NCBI RefSeq assembly: GCF_963921235.1
Contig: NC_086097.1
Span: 158,164,001-158,228,000, forward strand
Reading direction: 5' to 3'
DNA: 64,000 nucleotides
Origin: Mobula hypostoma
Taxonomy: Eukaryota
The notes beneath the pieces are model-generated. The model was not told where the DNA came from. It saw only the letters and a program-made list of their open reading frames with translations, and ran no database searches. Made by a program: the position numbers and the translations under genes. This document shows, one piece after another, positions 1 through 12,751 of this stretch (positions within the stretch are counted from its first letter, which is position 1; each line of letters begins with the position of its first letter).

Positions 1-1260
1 AGGGAGAGGCGAATGACAGTTGGAACATGGGCACAAGAAGTAGTACCGATGCAGTCATCAGTGGTACTGGAAAAGGTTTGGAACAGGAACTGTTCCATGT
101 AGATGACAGAAAGACAGCATAGGACCCATGAGGCTCTCCATAGTTACACATTGTGACTTGTCTTTTAAAAAAAGAGAGGGGAGTCAAAAGAGAACTTGTT
201 TAAGGAAAGACCATGTTCAGCCAGGACATGAGAATGTTGGTTGGGGAGAGCTGGTTGTATCTTTCTTGTAGCAAAAAGACTTCATTGCAAAGATGAGACA
301 ATGAGGGCCGGAGAATTGGAAGTCATTGGGGTGGTGTGCTGGTGAGGTGTCCCAGATGTTGGTGGGATGGGATGGGACTGGACAAGTGGAAACAGAATGG
401 AGTTGATGTATGAAGAACTAATTCTGGTGGAGCAAGAGCAGGCAGAAACAATAGATGTAGAAGGACAGTCCTGTTTTTGGATCTTGGATGTGAAATCAAA
501 GCAGGAAGTGTGGGGTTGAGGCACTAACAGGTTAAGGCTATGGAGGGGAGATCTGATGTAATGAAATCTGTGACAGTGTGGGAGATGATGGCCTGGTGTT
601 TGTCAGTGGGGTCTTTGTCTAGAGCTGTTAAGAAGTATCTGAGAGCTGACATCTGGCCTCAAGGTAGAGGTCAGTCCACCAGACTGCAATGGAAGTGCCC
701 TTTTCTGTAGGCCTGATGACTATGTTGCAACTGGTATAAAATGAATAGAGGGCTTTGAGCTTGGAGGGGTGAGCTTGGAGTTGGCCAGAGGAGTGGAGAA
801 GTCCAGGCGATTTATGTCACAGTGGTAGTTGGAGGTGAAAAGGTCAAGAGAGGGTAAATGCCCTGCAGAGGGAGCCCAAAAGAAAGGGAGGTGTTGGAGT
901 CTTGAGAAGGGATTAGTCATGGGGGGAGTTGGGGGTGCGGTGAAGACTCCTTGCCTAGGAAATGGGTGGAAGCAATGGAAGAAAAGCTTTACGTCATGAG
1001 GGGCCTTTATTGAGGTGTGGACATAGTGATGCAAAGGTGAGCCCTTTGCTGAGGATTAACCACTCAACATCAGAGACAAGGAGAGATGGTAAGACCCAGA
1101 ACTGGTTGGAAACAGGGCAAAGATTAGTCAGAAGAGGGGGGTTGAGGGTAATAGTAGGGGCGGTGGGTGAGATGAAGGGAAGAGAGATTCATAAGGATAA
1201 CTTGCAAGGCAATTTCAAATATGATTGACCCACTGTAGTGAGGGGATGGAGGCAATATCT
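1..1260 (-). mobile_element. Degenerate Penelope-like element (PLE) RT region, running off the window start
   Basis: Minus-strand translation gives decayed PLE RT motifs: VIRPTEKGTSIAVWWTDLY (~663-720, cf. IKPADKGGAVVVW), VTMESLMGP (~123-149, cf. GVAMGTRMGP) and TDDCIG (~44-62, cf. YIDD). Many stops and frameshifts. Confidence 0.8.
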
Positions 1261-1408
1261 CCATTTAAGGGTTTAAAAGATTAGCTTTATTTGTCACATA
1301 TACTATATATCAAAACACAGTGAAATGCATCTTTTTGTATCAGTGATCAGCAGTCTGAGGATTGTGCTGTGGGCAGCCCACAATTCACGAACCCTAACCT
1401 TAACCGTT

Positions 1409-1735
1409 TAGAAACATAGAAAACCTATAGCACAATACAGGCCCTTCAGCCCACAGTGCTGTGCTGAACATGTACTTTAGAAATTACCTAGAGTTACCCA
1501 TAGCCCTCTATTTTTCCAAGCTCCATGTACCTATTCAGGAGTCTCTTTAAAGACCCTAGCGTATCCACCTCCACCATCGTTGCTGGCAATGCATTCCACG
1601 CACCCACCACTCTGCGGGGAAAAAAAAAACTTACTCCTGACATCTCCTCTGTACCTACTTCCAAGCACCTTAAAGCTGTTCCTTCTCATCTTAGCCACTT
1701 CAGCCCTGGGGAAAAAGCCTCTGACTATCCACACA
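1409..1735 (-). mobile_element. CR1 LINE 3' end fragment
   Basis: Begins with the reverse-complemented CR1 tail (agaaacatagaaaac...gcacaatacaggcccttc). Minus strand resembles the FFxQRVVxxWNALP C-terminus of the intact CR1 at 37860-38100. Confidence 0.8.
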
Positions 1736-1889
1736 AATCAATTCCTCAAAGAAAGGGAGGAAACTGAAGTATCCAGAGGAAATCCACGAGTTGCTGAGAA
1801 AATGAACAAACTCCTTACCAATAGGGGTGGCAGTTGAACCCAGATCAGTGGTCACTGGTGCTATGTGATTGCGTTAGCTTAAAAGTTTG

Positions 1890-2504
1890 TGTAGATTGGA
1901 CATATCACCAAAAAGTGATAAACCTCTATAGATGCAGTGTAGAGTATCCTTGCTGGTTGCATTCCAGCCTGGTATGAAAATGCCAATGCCTATGAACGGA
2001 ATAGAGTGCAGAAAGTGGTGGATGCAACCCATGTATCACAGCCTGAGGCCTCCCCACCATTGAGCATATTTCACAAGAAAGCAGTGTCCATCATCAAACA
2101 CCACCACTATCCAGGCAATGTTGTCTTTGCTCTACCACCATTGGGAAAGAGATACAGAAGCCTTGAATCCCTCCACAACAGGTTCAGGAACATTGTTTTT
2201 ACCCTACAACAATCAGGCTCCTGCACCAGTGTGAACACCTTCTTTCCCCTTAACTCCGACATGATTCTTTCACCTACAGACTCATTTTACAACTCACATT
2301 CTCAGTATTACTTTTTTTATTTGCACCGTTTTTCTTTTGCACATATTTTTTCAGTCTATATTTTCAGTCTATATGTCTTTTATGGATTTTCATAGATTCT
2401 ATTGTATTTTATTTTTCCTGTAAATGCCTGTATGAAAATTAATTTCAAGGTAGTAAATGGTTAAATATGCAAACTTTAAATTTATTTTGAACTTTTGAAC
2501 TTTG
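1890..2504 (+). mobile_element. Rex1/Babar LINE 3' fragment
   Basis: ORF 2006-2395 contains QKVVD...LPPLGKRYRSL...RFRN (cf. LPSGKRYRSIKARTNRLRDSFF at 48151-48342). Ends in a (ttgaac)n-like tail at ~2485-2504. Confidence 0.7.
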
Positions 2505-2819
2505 AGCTGAAATTTTCCAAACCTATATGGCAATCCCTTATCCAAAGCCAGTGCTGCTCTGATTTCAGTCTCTCAAGGTAAGGCATTTGCTGGGCTCCAG
2601 AGGATGTATACCTATTATCATTTATCTTTTAATGATAACCCTCTCATGAAGATCAATTTAGTGAATATTCATTCATCATTTGAAAGGTTAGTATAGTATT
2701 CCCTGGGGAAGAGTACAGAACGCTGCATTGAGTCCCTAAAAGGCATAGCCTTATATAATTGTACCAAGACTTTTTCACTTCCATGTTCCAACAATGAACA
2801 CCAGCAAATGGCTTGCAGC

Positions 2820-3285
2820 ATTAATTCTCTGAGTATTCTCAGGAATGAAAGGGTTAAAATTTTGATGGCTCTGGGCCTAAACTCAACTGGAATTTAGAAG
2901 TATGAAGAGAGGATCTCAATGTAAACTATTAAATATTGAAAGGCCCAGACAGTGAATGCGGAGAGGATTTTTCCTATACTGGGGGAGTCTAGGACCAGAA
3001 GTCTAGGACTAGAATCAGAATTAACGGACATGAGGAGCAGAGATGAGGAAAAATTCTTTAGCCAGAGGGTGGTATATCTGTGGAATTCATTGCCACAAAC
3101 AGCAGTAGATTGGGGGTATTTAAGATGGAGTTTCTTGATTAATGAGGGCATGAAAGTTTATGGGGAGAAAGTAGGAGAATGGGGTTGAGAATGATGATGC
3201 GTCAGCCATGATGGAATGGCAGAGCAGACTCAATGGGCCAGGTGGCCTAAGTCTGCTCCTATGATTTAGGTTCTTGTGGTCTTAT
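2820..3285 (+). mobile_element. CR1 LINE 3' fragment
   Basis: ORF 2952-3188 contains ERIFPILGESRTR and FFSQRVVYLWNSLP, followed by a CR1-type 3' UTR (gactcaatgggccaggtggcctaagtctgctcctat). Confidence 0.8.
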
Positions 3286-4039
3286 AGGAGAGATAAAGGT
3301 AAAACCAGTTTAAGCAGAAAAATGATAAACCTGAATCATTGACACATGCAACAGTCAATATTGACTGGACTTGTAATCGAAGAGGAAGGAAGCAGCCAGT
3401 TTTACACATGACCATTTCTGGAGAGTGACATGAACCCATTCTTTCTGTCAGTCAGAGTCAACAAAACGCTTGATAAACTTTTAGTTTACTTGAGACCCTT
3501 TAAACAGGTTCAGTATAGCAAGAAGTCTGACTGACAGATGTCCCAGACTCAGCCTTGTGTACAATTGTTGATGCTAGTTTTTGGCCACTACTTCAGAATT
3601 TTGGGGCTCCTCACACCCTAACTAAGCTAATCAGATATAAGGGAACAGGGAATTGATTTCTTCCTGACGGTATTCCCAGATATGTTTTTCACTAGTAATT
3701 ATCTCTTATTAACATAGTAACAACTTGCTCTTCTGTCTGCTGCTGAAGTCTTGTTCATCATGGCAGATACTTTGGTTTGGACTCATTGTTTGTAATCTTT
3801 TTACCACCAGATACCTGTTGTGTTGTTTAGAATTTATTAGTTGAGACCTTGGCTGCCATCAAAGCCAGGTAATTCCTGACTGAAAATGAGTATCTGGGAA
3901 AGTTGCTTTCTTATGTCAAGTTTCTCACTTTTTCATTACCACAAATACTGGAAAGCCTTTCCAATTATTAACATCTTTAATCGTTGTCAGAGATCTTTAT
4001 GTATTATTAACCGTATGTCTTTGTTCAAAGTTTGTTTGC

Positions 4040-4326
4040 TTATTTATTGATTGAGATACAGTGCAGAATAGGTCCTCCTGGTCCCTCGTGCTGTGCTGCC
4101 CAGCAACCCCTGATTTAACCCTAGCAGAATCCATGGGACAATTTACAATGATCAATTCACCTACCAACTCGTAGGTCTTTGGATTGTGGGAGGAAACCAG
4201 AACACCCGGAGGAAACCCAAATGGTCGCAGAAGGATGTATAAACTCCTTCCAGGCAGTGGTAAGGATTGAACCAGTGTTGCTGTTACTGTGAAGTATTGT
4301 GCTAACCACTACACTACTGTGCCACC
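4040..4326 (-). mobile_element. V-SINE (HE1-like tRNA-derived SINE with CR1 tail)
   Basis: Minus-strand 5' end ggtggcacagtagtgtagtggttagc (tRNA A-box-like). V-domain core gggaggaaaccagaacacccggaggaaaccc at ~4187-4218. CR1-like 3' tail. Confidence 0.75.
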
Positions 4327-5465
4327 TGGGTTAATTGTCATTCAACCATACACATGAATACCCCCAAATGAAACAGCGTTCCTCTGCAAAACACAGAACT
4401 AACAGTCAAACACAGCACACAGTTCATATAATCATGATAATAGAAAAACATATTGACAAAACAGCTAAAAGAAATATAGCCCAAGTCCCTTGAGTGTTAT
4501 GGCTTGTCGACTGATGGTGCATGGATATTGCCTTGGAGCCACATTTCTGCAAGAAGAGCCCACAGCAGTTTCTCATATTGCATATCCAGCTTCTGTTCCC
4601 TGGAGTGAACACTGGAGGGAAGTACCATTAGGAGGGGTCAGCCTCTGACCCAGTGTACAATCCAGCGACACACAACTAGCTCCGGTGTCTCCTTCCTTGG
4701 TGGCCGCAGTGGATGAAGCTAGGTCCACGCCACAACCGAGGTCATGCAGCTCCTTTACTAATCAGTCTCACCTATGAACTAGTGAATCAGATTTTCAGTA
4801 TTCTATATTACTAATGTCCAACAGGGTCTTGCAATTGCAACAAAAATGTCCAAGGCAATCACCAACACTGTCCGTTGGATCATGGACTGCCCTCGTGTGT
4901 CGCCACTGATGGTGTCTTCTTCCCTGGGTGGCTGAAGCAGACTGTAGTGTGGTGTACAAGAAGTTCAGCTCAGCTGCTATCGAACAACTTGCTAGTGGGG
5001 TAGGCTTGCAGTACATGATGTTCTTGATAACCAGCAGTGAATTGTGATCATAAGAAAAGACATGAAGTACAAACAACTGCAGCACTGGTGGAGCCCAGGG
5101 AAACTGTGCGTCCAAATGCACCTCCATCTTACTGAAAGTTTTAAAAACTGAAAGTGCCCTTCTGTCTTCTGGAATGGTAGCTCTTAACCCTTTCTAAGAT
5201 TTTTTTTTTTGAGCTGTTCTCTCACAATAACAGGCGCTAAAGGTAAAATTGCACTCTTTTCCCATCATGAGTTGTTGAGGTTTATCTGTTTCCCTTGCAG
5301 TTGCAGCCATAACCTTATAGAAGTTTGTTTATTCCATAAAACATCAGATGGGCTAAGGTAAAGTCAGAGGTGGATAGAATTGGAAGAAAATCTCTATCTT
5401 TGAGTATAGTCAAATACTCAGTTGTGGATGGGTTTGAGTTTGCAAAGAGATAATTATCAGTTATG

Positions 5466-5637
5466 AAACACACAAAAAAAATACTGGAGGAACTTAGATG
5501 GCCAGGCAGCATCGATGGAAAAGAGTAAACAGTCAACGTTTCAGGCTGCCATCCTTCATCAAGACTCGTAGCTGGAGTTCCTCCAGCATTTTGTGTGTTG
5601 CTTGGATTTTCAGCATCTTCAGATTTTCTCTTGTTTG
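5466..5637. mobile_element. PLE pLTR-derived short element (inverted pair of pLTR fragments)
   Basis: acacacaaaaaaatactggaggaact... followed by its inverted copy agttcctccagcattttgtgtgttg. A decayed hammerhead core lies on the minus strand (agtcaacgtttc...cttcatcaagact). Confidence 0.7.
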
Positions 5638-6349
5638 ATATCAGTTATGGAAGCGGGCTGGGAAGGGTGAGGAACTGTTTGTGATGGCCATTTCCAAAAA
5701 TAGATCAAGCCCCATAAAGGAAGCTTGGGTAGCTTAGAATGTAAATGAGGTAATGTTGAAACCTTTGCAGTGTGAAGTCTTTAAACACACTTGCGTTGGT
5801 GGGGAGGTGGTGGGTGTGTGGGATGGGTGGAATGAGATTGCATTTTGTTTTTCCTATCATTCCTGCATCAATCTTGAGAGAACCTGAGAGGCTGAATATA
5901 TCAAAAACACCCACAATATTTGTGTTTGCCTCAACTGATTGAGGATGATTTTCTATATTAAAAATATTTAGGAAATCATAGAGATGACTTCAATGTGAAT
6001 GTTGCTTGAATAGAAGCAAATTTAGCCTGTACATTTGGTTGTGCACCTCAGATAATCATAATTATTTTGTGTTTTTTTTAGACAAGTTAAGGATGCAAGT
6101 TCTATCCTTTGTTAAAACAGGTATCAGTTCCTGTATTTACTTCTGTTAATTTATGCAGTGTTCTTTCTGGTTATTTACCACTGTAGATATCTGATAACTC
6201 CTTTTACAATGGTATTTTAGTTTAAAAATCCACCACTGTTTATGGACTGTGATACTGTTTTTAAAACTGGTCTCTTGAAACTAACTTACGTTTTTTCCTG
6301 ATTGTCTGTTTTCTGGGATTTGGGTGTCACTGTGAAATTTAGCTTTCAT

Positions 6350-7320
6350 GCACAACTCAGACTGGATTCTTGACTCCCTCGTAAGGAGATCACAGTCATT
6401 GCAGATAAATGATAACATTTCTTCCCACGAACGTTAAGTGCAGGAGTGCTTAGACTATTGCTCTGCTTATTCTACACGCGTGACTGTGTGGCTTGGTACA
6501 GCTCAAATGCCATCTATAAATTTGCTGGTGACACCACTGTTGGCAGATTCTCATATGGCGATCAAGTAGTGAACAAGAGCGGAATAGATTGGTTTATTCA
6601 GTGGTGTTTAAATAGCAACCTTGCACTTCACGTCACCAAGAACAAATACTTTGATTGTGGATTTCCAGAAGGGCAAGATGGGAGGACAGACACCAATCAC
6701 CATTGAGGGGTCAATGGTGGAAGTAGGAATAGTTTCAAATTCTTGGGCATCAACATCTCAGAGGATCTACAATGAAGCCCTACACATTGATGCAATCACA
6801 ACGAAGGCACACCAATGACTTCATTGTGAGTTTGGGGAGATTTTGGTATGTTATCAAAGACTCTAGGAAATCTCTACAGATGTAACATGGAGAGCATTCT
6901 GACTGGTTGCATTGCATTTGGTTTGGAGACACCATTGCACAAGGTTGTAAGGGGCTTCAGAGGGTTGTAGTCTCCTTAGTCAGCTCTAAGAAACTCTGGC
7001 AGAAACTCTCTCATCATTGAGAAGGCAACAGCCATCATAAAGGATACTCACCATCTGGGACATGACCTCTTCTCATTACTACCATCAGCGAGGAGATACA
7101 GGAGCCTGGGGACCTATGCAGAATGTATTAGGAGCAAGCTTTTTTCCTCCGCCATCAGATTTCTGAATGGCCCATAAAGTCATGAAAACTACCTCGCTTA
7201 TTCCTCCTTAATACTATTTATTTTAACTTGTAATTTATTATGCCTGTATTGTACTCCTGCCACAAAATGCAAATTTTATGACATACAGTATGTCAGTGAC
7301 AATAAACTAACTTCTGAATT
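6350..7320 (+). mobile_element. Rex1/Babar LINE RT-to-3'-end fragment, degenerate
   Basis: LFYTRDCVA...IYKFAGDTTVG (FADD-type motif), WCLNSNLALHVTK and LIVDFQK, in the same order as the Rex1 copies at 48.0-49.4 kb and 53.0-54.7 kb. Confidence 0.75.
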
Positions 7321-7450
7321 CAACTCTACCCAAGTGAGCAGCAGGAAGTTGTTAATGTATGGGAAGCACTACCATGGTGTTTGTTTGATCCTGAGTTATA
7401 TTTGCATACTTTCCAGGGATTCTAAGTGGTAAACAGCTGTAGGAAGCTTG

Positions 7451-7673
7451 AGCTACACACATCAAAGTTGCTGGTGAACGCAGCAGGTCAGGCAGCATCT
7501 CTAGGAAGAGATACAGTCGACGTTTCAGGCCGAGACCCTTTGTCAGGACTAACTGAAGTTCAGTTAGTCCTTCCTTCAGTTAGTTAGAGATGCTGCCTGA
7601 CCTGTTGCGTACACCAGCAACTTTGATTCGTGTTGCTTGAATTTCCAGAATCTGCAGAATTCCTCGTGTTTGC
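7451..7673. mobile_element. Young PLE pLTR fold-back insertion with target-site duplication
   Basis: Inverted pLTR arms, near-identical to the pLTRs at 40789-41215. Flanked by direct repeat gtaggaagcttg at 7439-7450 and 7674-7685. Confidence 0.85.
7515..7550 (-). ncRNA. Minimal type I hammerhead ribozyme motif (G8A variant)
   Basis: Minus strand reads agtc-CTGACAA-agg gtctcgg cct-GAAAC-GTC-gact: stem I agtc/gact, stem II agg/cct, palindromic ACGT stem III. Confidence 0.7.
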
Positions 7674-8694
7674 GTAGGAAGCTTGGTTCCTTTTCTCTGG
7701 TTCTTTCGGCAAGATCCTTAAATCTGTGCTGTTTAGTGAGCAACAACCCATTTCTTTATATCCTCTAAGCTCTTATTAATGTTAATCACTCCCGTTAACT
7801 TTCCTCTCCACTTTCTCTACTCTAGAAAGAACAACTTCCAGCTGTACTCACAGCTGAAACTTCTCAACCCTGAACACATTTCAGTGAATCTCCTATATGT
7901 TCTTTTCCACACAACTGTAAGTGTTTTGTCCAAATTGAACACCAAATGGCTAGTAGCTATACATTGCTGTGGAACACCTTGAAGCCATGAAAGCGAATGT
8001 GGAAATATTTCCTTCAAAATCCACTGAGAAGTTGGATAGAACCATTAGTTTAACAGATTTGGCTGTCAAACAACATGATCACCATGCGCTCTCAGTATTC
8101 TATAGAGATTATCAGACTAGTTCATATGAACCAAATCTTCTGATTGACTGACTCATATTCCCAGAGGCAAGAGTGATAGCAGCTAAGCATGACCTGCCTC
8201 ACTGGTAGAGAACAAGACTGAAGGCTACAAGTTGAAAGTTGTATTAATGAACATAGTCAAATATTCTTTGACAGTGAAGTGAATTATTCAAACACCATGC
8301 CAGAAATTGACGTTTGTCAGCCCTACCACTTCAGTCTTATGCAGAGATTGAATAGGAACAGGGTTAAGGCATTCTTGTGGCCTTTCATTCATTCTTGTTG
8401 TGAGCTTTCTTTAAAATAATCCTTGACCCTGCTTTTTCCAATATCCCTTTGGTTATTAAAAATTCATCAATCCCTGATTTAAAGTAAATAGTGCTGGAAC
8501 AATTAATGATTGCAATACTGGGAGAGCAGCAGGTACCGGTGTTCTTTTTGAGAAAGGAAATGAGATACTGTAGTAAATTCAAGTGCAACATTTTCTATTT
8601 GTCTCTTGTATTATTTTTCAGTTGGAATTTTCCACTCATCTGTGTTGCTGCACTCTTTCATCTTTGTTACTGTACGAATACGCAAATTACAAAG

Positions 8695-8935
8695 AAGTGA
8701 AGGAGGCTAGGAGTGAATTTAGGGGTGGTAGAAGTACATAAAGTTATAAGTGCCATACATAATGTAGATTCACTGCCAGAGGAGGCAGTGGAATTGGATG
8801 TGGTCACTACATTTAAGAGGAACTTAGACGGGCGCTTGAGTAAACAAGCTACAGAAAGATACAGACCTAGTGCCGACAAGTGGTTCCTGTAGATAGGAAA
8901 AAGCTGAAGAGCTCAGTACCTGTGCTGTATAACTT
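8695..8935 (+). mobile_element. Old CR1 3' remnant
   Basis: cactgccagaggaggcagtgg...acatttaagaggaacttagac...cctgtgctgtat resembles the CR1 C-terminus and 3' UTR. Confidence 0.6.
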
Positions 8936-9395
8936 GATGAGTAGAATCTTTAATAAAAGGCTATTTAAGAGCTTTGGCAGTTCTTAATGCAAAAGCAAAG
9001 CAGAAAATGCATATGTTGGGAATCTGAAGTAAAAACAAAATATTGGTAATACTGGGCAGTTCAGGCTGTATCTGCAGAGAAAGAAGCACCGATTCTCTAT
9101 CAAAGTTGCTTGATCTAATAAGGCAGAGGGGCACTCTGCATCCATTGGAAGGAATGCATTAGACTGCTCCTGTTGAGTGCCTTGCATTCTCTCCATAAGC
9201 AAGCTGTGCAGTGCTGCCATTCCTGAAACGAGATAAGATGAAAGACAAGTAGAAATGCCAACATCCCTATTGAAGTACTAAACTTGACAGAGAAGATCGT
9301 CAATCACAAGTTCACAATTTTGCCTTCTGGATCTAGGATCACAGAGAGTCTCTCTGCTGCCTACTACATAGAATATCATCACCAAGATTATCCTC

Positions 9396-9567
9396 AAATG
9401 CTGGAGGAACTCAGCAGGTCAGAAGTCATCATTGATTCCTAAAGAAGGGTTTCAGTCAGAAACGTTGATTATTTGTTCATTTCCATAGATACTGCCTGAC
9501 CTGCTGAATTCCTTCAGCATTTTGTGTGTGTTGTTTTGGATTTCCAACATCTGCAGAACTTCTTGTG
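9396..9567. mobile_element. PLE pLTR-derived short element (short inverted arm plus pLTR)
   Basis: aaatgctggaggaactcagcaggtc is inverted against gacctgctgaattccttcagcatttt. Decayed core cctaaagaagggtttcagtcagaaacgttgatt. Confidence 0.7.
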
Positions 9568-9724
9568 AGCAGGATATTTCTCCTCTGCCCCTTCCCTGTG
9601 GCTGAAGAGCTGTTTCCTGAATCACAGGATGAATTTGATCCATCTGTAGGAATTGTGATCAAGATGTTCACTACTCAACAACTCCAAGAACCAATAATGA
9701 TAGCTCAGTTTGACCACAGAAATG

Positions 9725-10410
9725 TCAAAATCAGAGCTAAGTCTATTATTACTGATATTTCTTATGAACATTTTTATTTTGCAGCAGCAGTACAGATCAA
9801 GACATAAAATTACTTTAAGTTACAAAATAAGTAATATATTTGGAACAACAGATTAATGAGATACTATTCAATAATCTGATGGCAGAAGGGGGAAAAGCTG
9901 TTCCTAAAACATTTGAGTGTACATCTTCAGGCAGCTGCACCTCCTCCCTGATACCTGGTAGCAAAGAGACGAGGGCCTATCTTGTATAGTGAGGGTCCTG
10001 ATAGATGCTGTTTTGAGGCACCTTGATGGTGGGGTGGGTTGTGCCCAGAATGGAGCTGGCTGAATATATAACGTAGCAGATCTCCTCAAACTTCTAATGA
10101 AGTATCGCCGCCGGTGTACCGTCTTCATGACTACATCCACGTGTAGGGCCCAAGCTAAATTCTATGAGATGTTGACGACATGGAACTTGAAGCTTCTCAT
10201 CCACTCCACTGCTGACTCTATAAGGAGGACTGATGTTTGTTCTCCTGACCTCCTGTACTTGAAATCCACAGTCAGTTCCTTAGTCTTGTTGACAATGAGT
10301 GCAGGGCTGTTTTTACAACACCACTCAGCTACCTGAGGTTCTACCAACCATGGTGGTGTCATTGGTTAATTTATAGATGGCTTTTGAGCTGAGCCTACCC
10401 ATACAGTCAT
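9725..10410 (-). mobile_element. Rex1/Babar LINE 3' fragment
   Basis: Minus ORFs contain EWCCKNSPALIVNKTKELTVDF, SFKFHVVNIS and RRRYFIRSLRR. Confidence 0.75.
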
Positions 10411-10659
10411 CAGTGTAGAGAGTTGATGCTAGCCATGACCAACCTCAAAAGTGTGTCTCAATTTTCTCCTTCTCAAATCTGGCCGTCTGCAGAATTTCTG
10501 CTTGTGAGTGCTTCAAGACAGGGGGCATGCTGGAACCTTAACCAGTGGTTATACAGCAGACCAATTACAATTGATGACAGATGCCAGTTCTCATTGGGTG
10601 GTTCAGTGATGCAGCTGTGATTGATCTGCAGCCATATAGCTGTGGTGACCAGCGTTCAG

Positions 10660-10855
10660 TTCTGACTGATTTCTGCTGGGCACTCCAGTCTCCTTCCACA
10701 TCCCAAAGGCATAGGTTGGTAGGTTAATTGGCCTCTGAATATTACCCCCAGCGTGCAGGTGATTGGAGAATAAAACTGGGATAGTGCTGATGGGTACCTG
10801 ATAGTTAACATGGACTCAGTGTGCCGAAGGGCCTGCTCTGTCGTCTGTGACTTTA
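10660..10855 (+). mobile_element. V-SINE fragment
   Basis: gggcactccagtctccttccacatcccaaag...ggtaggttaattggc core and a CR1-type tail (ggactcagtgtgccgaagggcctg). Confidence 0.65.
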
Positions 10856-11419
10856 TCTTGAGTAAGGCTGCATTATTACCCCAATTCTTTTCTGCCTTTC
10901 TCATTGTAATGCTGTGTCTTGCATCCAACGAGCTTCTTGCTGGACTACAGCTAATCTACAGGATGAAACAAAATTCTTTAACCCATCCTTCTCCACTTCA
11001 GAACTAATGTCAAAAGAACATCACCAGTAGCTTGTCCTCATTCAGCCATGTAAATGTCATGCCTGAGGGAGCTCACCAGTGCCTCAACATCCTCAGTAAA
11101 TTAAATAAATTTGACCTTTTGCCTCTTACCAATTTTTATTGATGTATTGTGGAATGTATTCCGTCAGGATGCATCACAGCTTGGTATGGCTACTGATTTT
11201 CCCATAACCACAACAAACTGCGGAGAGTTGTGATGAACATGCTCTACACCTTGCTACTTTGGTAAAGCAACTAAGATGATTGAAGACACCCATCCATCCT
11301 GGAATTGTCTCTTCTCTCCCTCTTTGATTAGGCAGATGATTAAAAATAAAAGTCTGTAAGCATAAATCACCAGCCTCAAGTCAATGAGACTTCTGTCTCA
11401 TTATTATAAGGCTATTGAG

Positions 11420-11600
11420 CAGTTTTTGAACTTTTAGGTTTTTATGCTTCACAATTTTCCCTGTTCTTTGGGTTAGACTTTGTGGGGGGCATGTGATTCA
11501 CAGATACAAATTCTCAGTGAAATTGATTCAAATCTCTGGTTGTAATGCTCATTTATGTAAACATAGGGTTGGGGGCTGAATACTTTTAGAAGACACTGTA
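11420..11600. mobile_element. Tc1-like DNA transposon terminal remnant
   Basis: Ends ggggctgaatacttttagaagacactgTA, typical of a Tc1 TIR end plus TA. No partner TIR seen. Confidence 0.5.
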
Positions 11601-12509
11601 TATGTACAAAATATATTTCCCACTGATCCTTCTGAAACTGCATATGTCACATCTGCCCACTGCCTTAACCAATCACTTCTTACAATTTTGTGCTTCCTTG
11701 CAGTCTCCTAGGATTGTACATTAATATGTCTCACTTTGTTTGTTCACTTGTCTGCATGCCTGCTGGGTTTATTTTTAAACTGTGTGACAGCAGGACAGTG
11801 AGCTGAGTGATCCCGAGTTGCCCACAGTTTTCAGGGGATGTACCAAAGCATAATTATTGGAATGTATTGTAATTTGTTTAAATAGATGAATAACAGTATT
11901 ACACATGAATATACTTTTCATTTTATTTATCTTTTTACTAAAGTTGTACATGGATTAAGTTTGTTGTGATGTACTAGTCGTTTGCCTTTTAAGCAAAAGT
12001 GAAAGGGTGACAGTTGCTAGTGTGTATCAGTTGAATGCATTGAACACTGCCATCTCCTGCTATAAATCTTCTGAATCCTTTTACTGACATCATTGATTTA
12101 CAGATTACTGACTGCATCTATATAATTGTGGTCCTGACTATTTTTAGGGTGTGCCTTTTTAAGGAGGATGTTTGAGGGCTGTGTTAGTTTGATTGTGATA
12201 TTGTTTGGGCATGCTGGTTCACTAATGATTGGTGTCAGAGAATAAATCTGCAGTAACATACATCCATTAAGCAATATGCTGACAACCTGAATGTTGTGAA
12301 TGTTTGGATTAGACTAGCTACCTTATTTGACAGAGAACACTAACTGCTGATTCTAGTTATTTATAAACATTATGTATTATATCAAAAAAATGTAGAAATT
12401 TTCATCCAGTGTAAATGTAACTATGAAGGTATCAGTGGTCAGTATGTTATCAGCTGGAGCTGCTTATACTTATAGTGTCCTCTCTGCATCTTTACATACC
12501 TCCCTGTGC

Positions 12510-12647
12510 CTTGTCTAATTAAGAGTCTCGGTATGAAACTTTGACTGTGTATTACTCTCTGTAGATGCTGCCTTGATTTGCTGAGTTTCTCCAACATTTT
12601 GCATGTGTTCCTCAAGATTTCCATCATCTGCAGTCTCTCTTGTGTCT
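12510..12647 (+). mobile_element. PLE pLTR remnant
   Basis: gagtctcggtatgaaactttgact...agatgctgcc...ttgctgagtttctccaacatttt...catctgcagtctc matches the pLTR family. Confidence 0.65.
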
Positions 12648-12751
12648 TAAACCTGGACTTGGTGTCTAGGAGCTAGACTATTCATCAAGGGAGATTTAAT
12701 TTGAGTTTTGCAACTTTGTACATGTGCCACCAGAAGCAACCAAGCAGTTTT

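Noticed and set aside
4255..4326. tRNA gene
   Set aside because: The A/B-box-like sequence is the head of a SINE and does not form a full cloverleaf.
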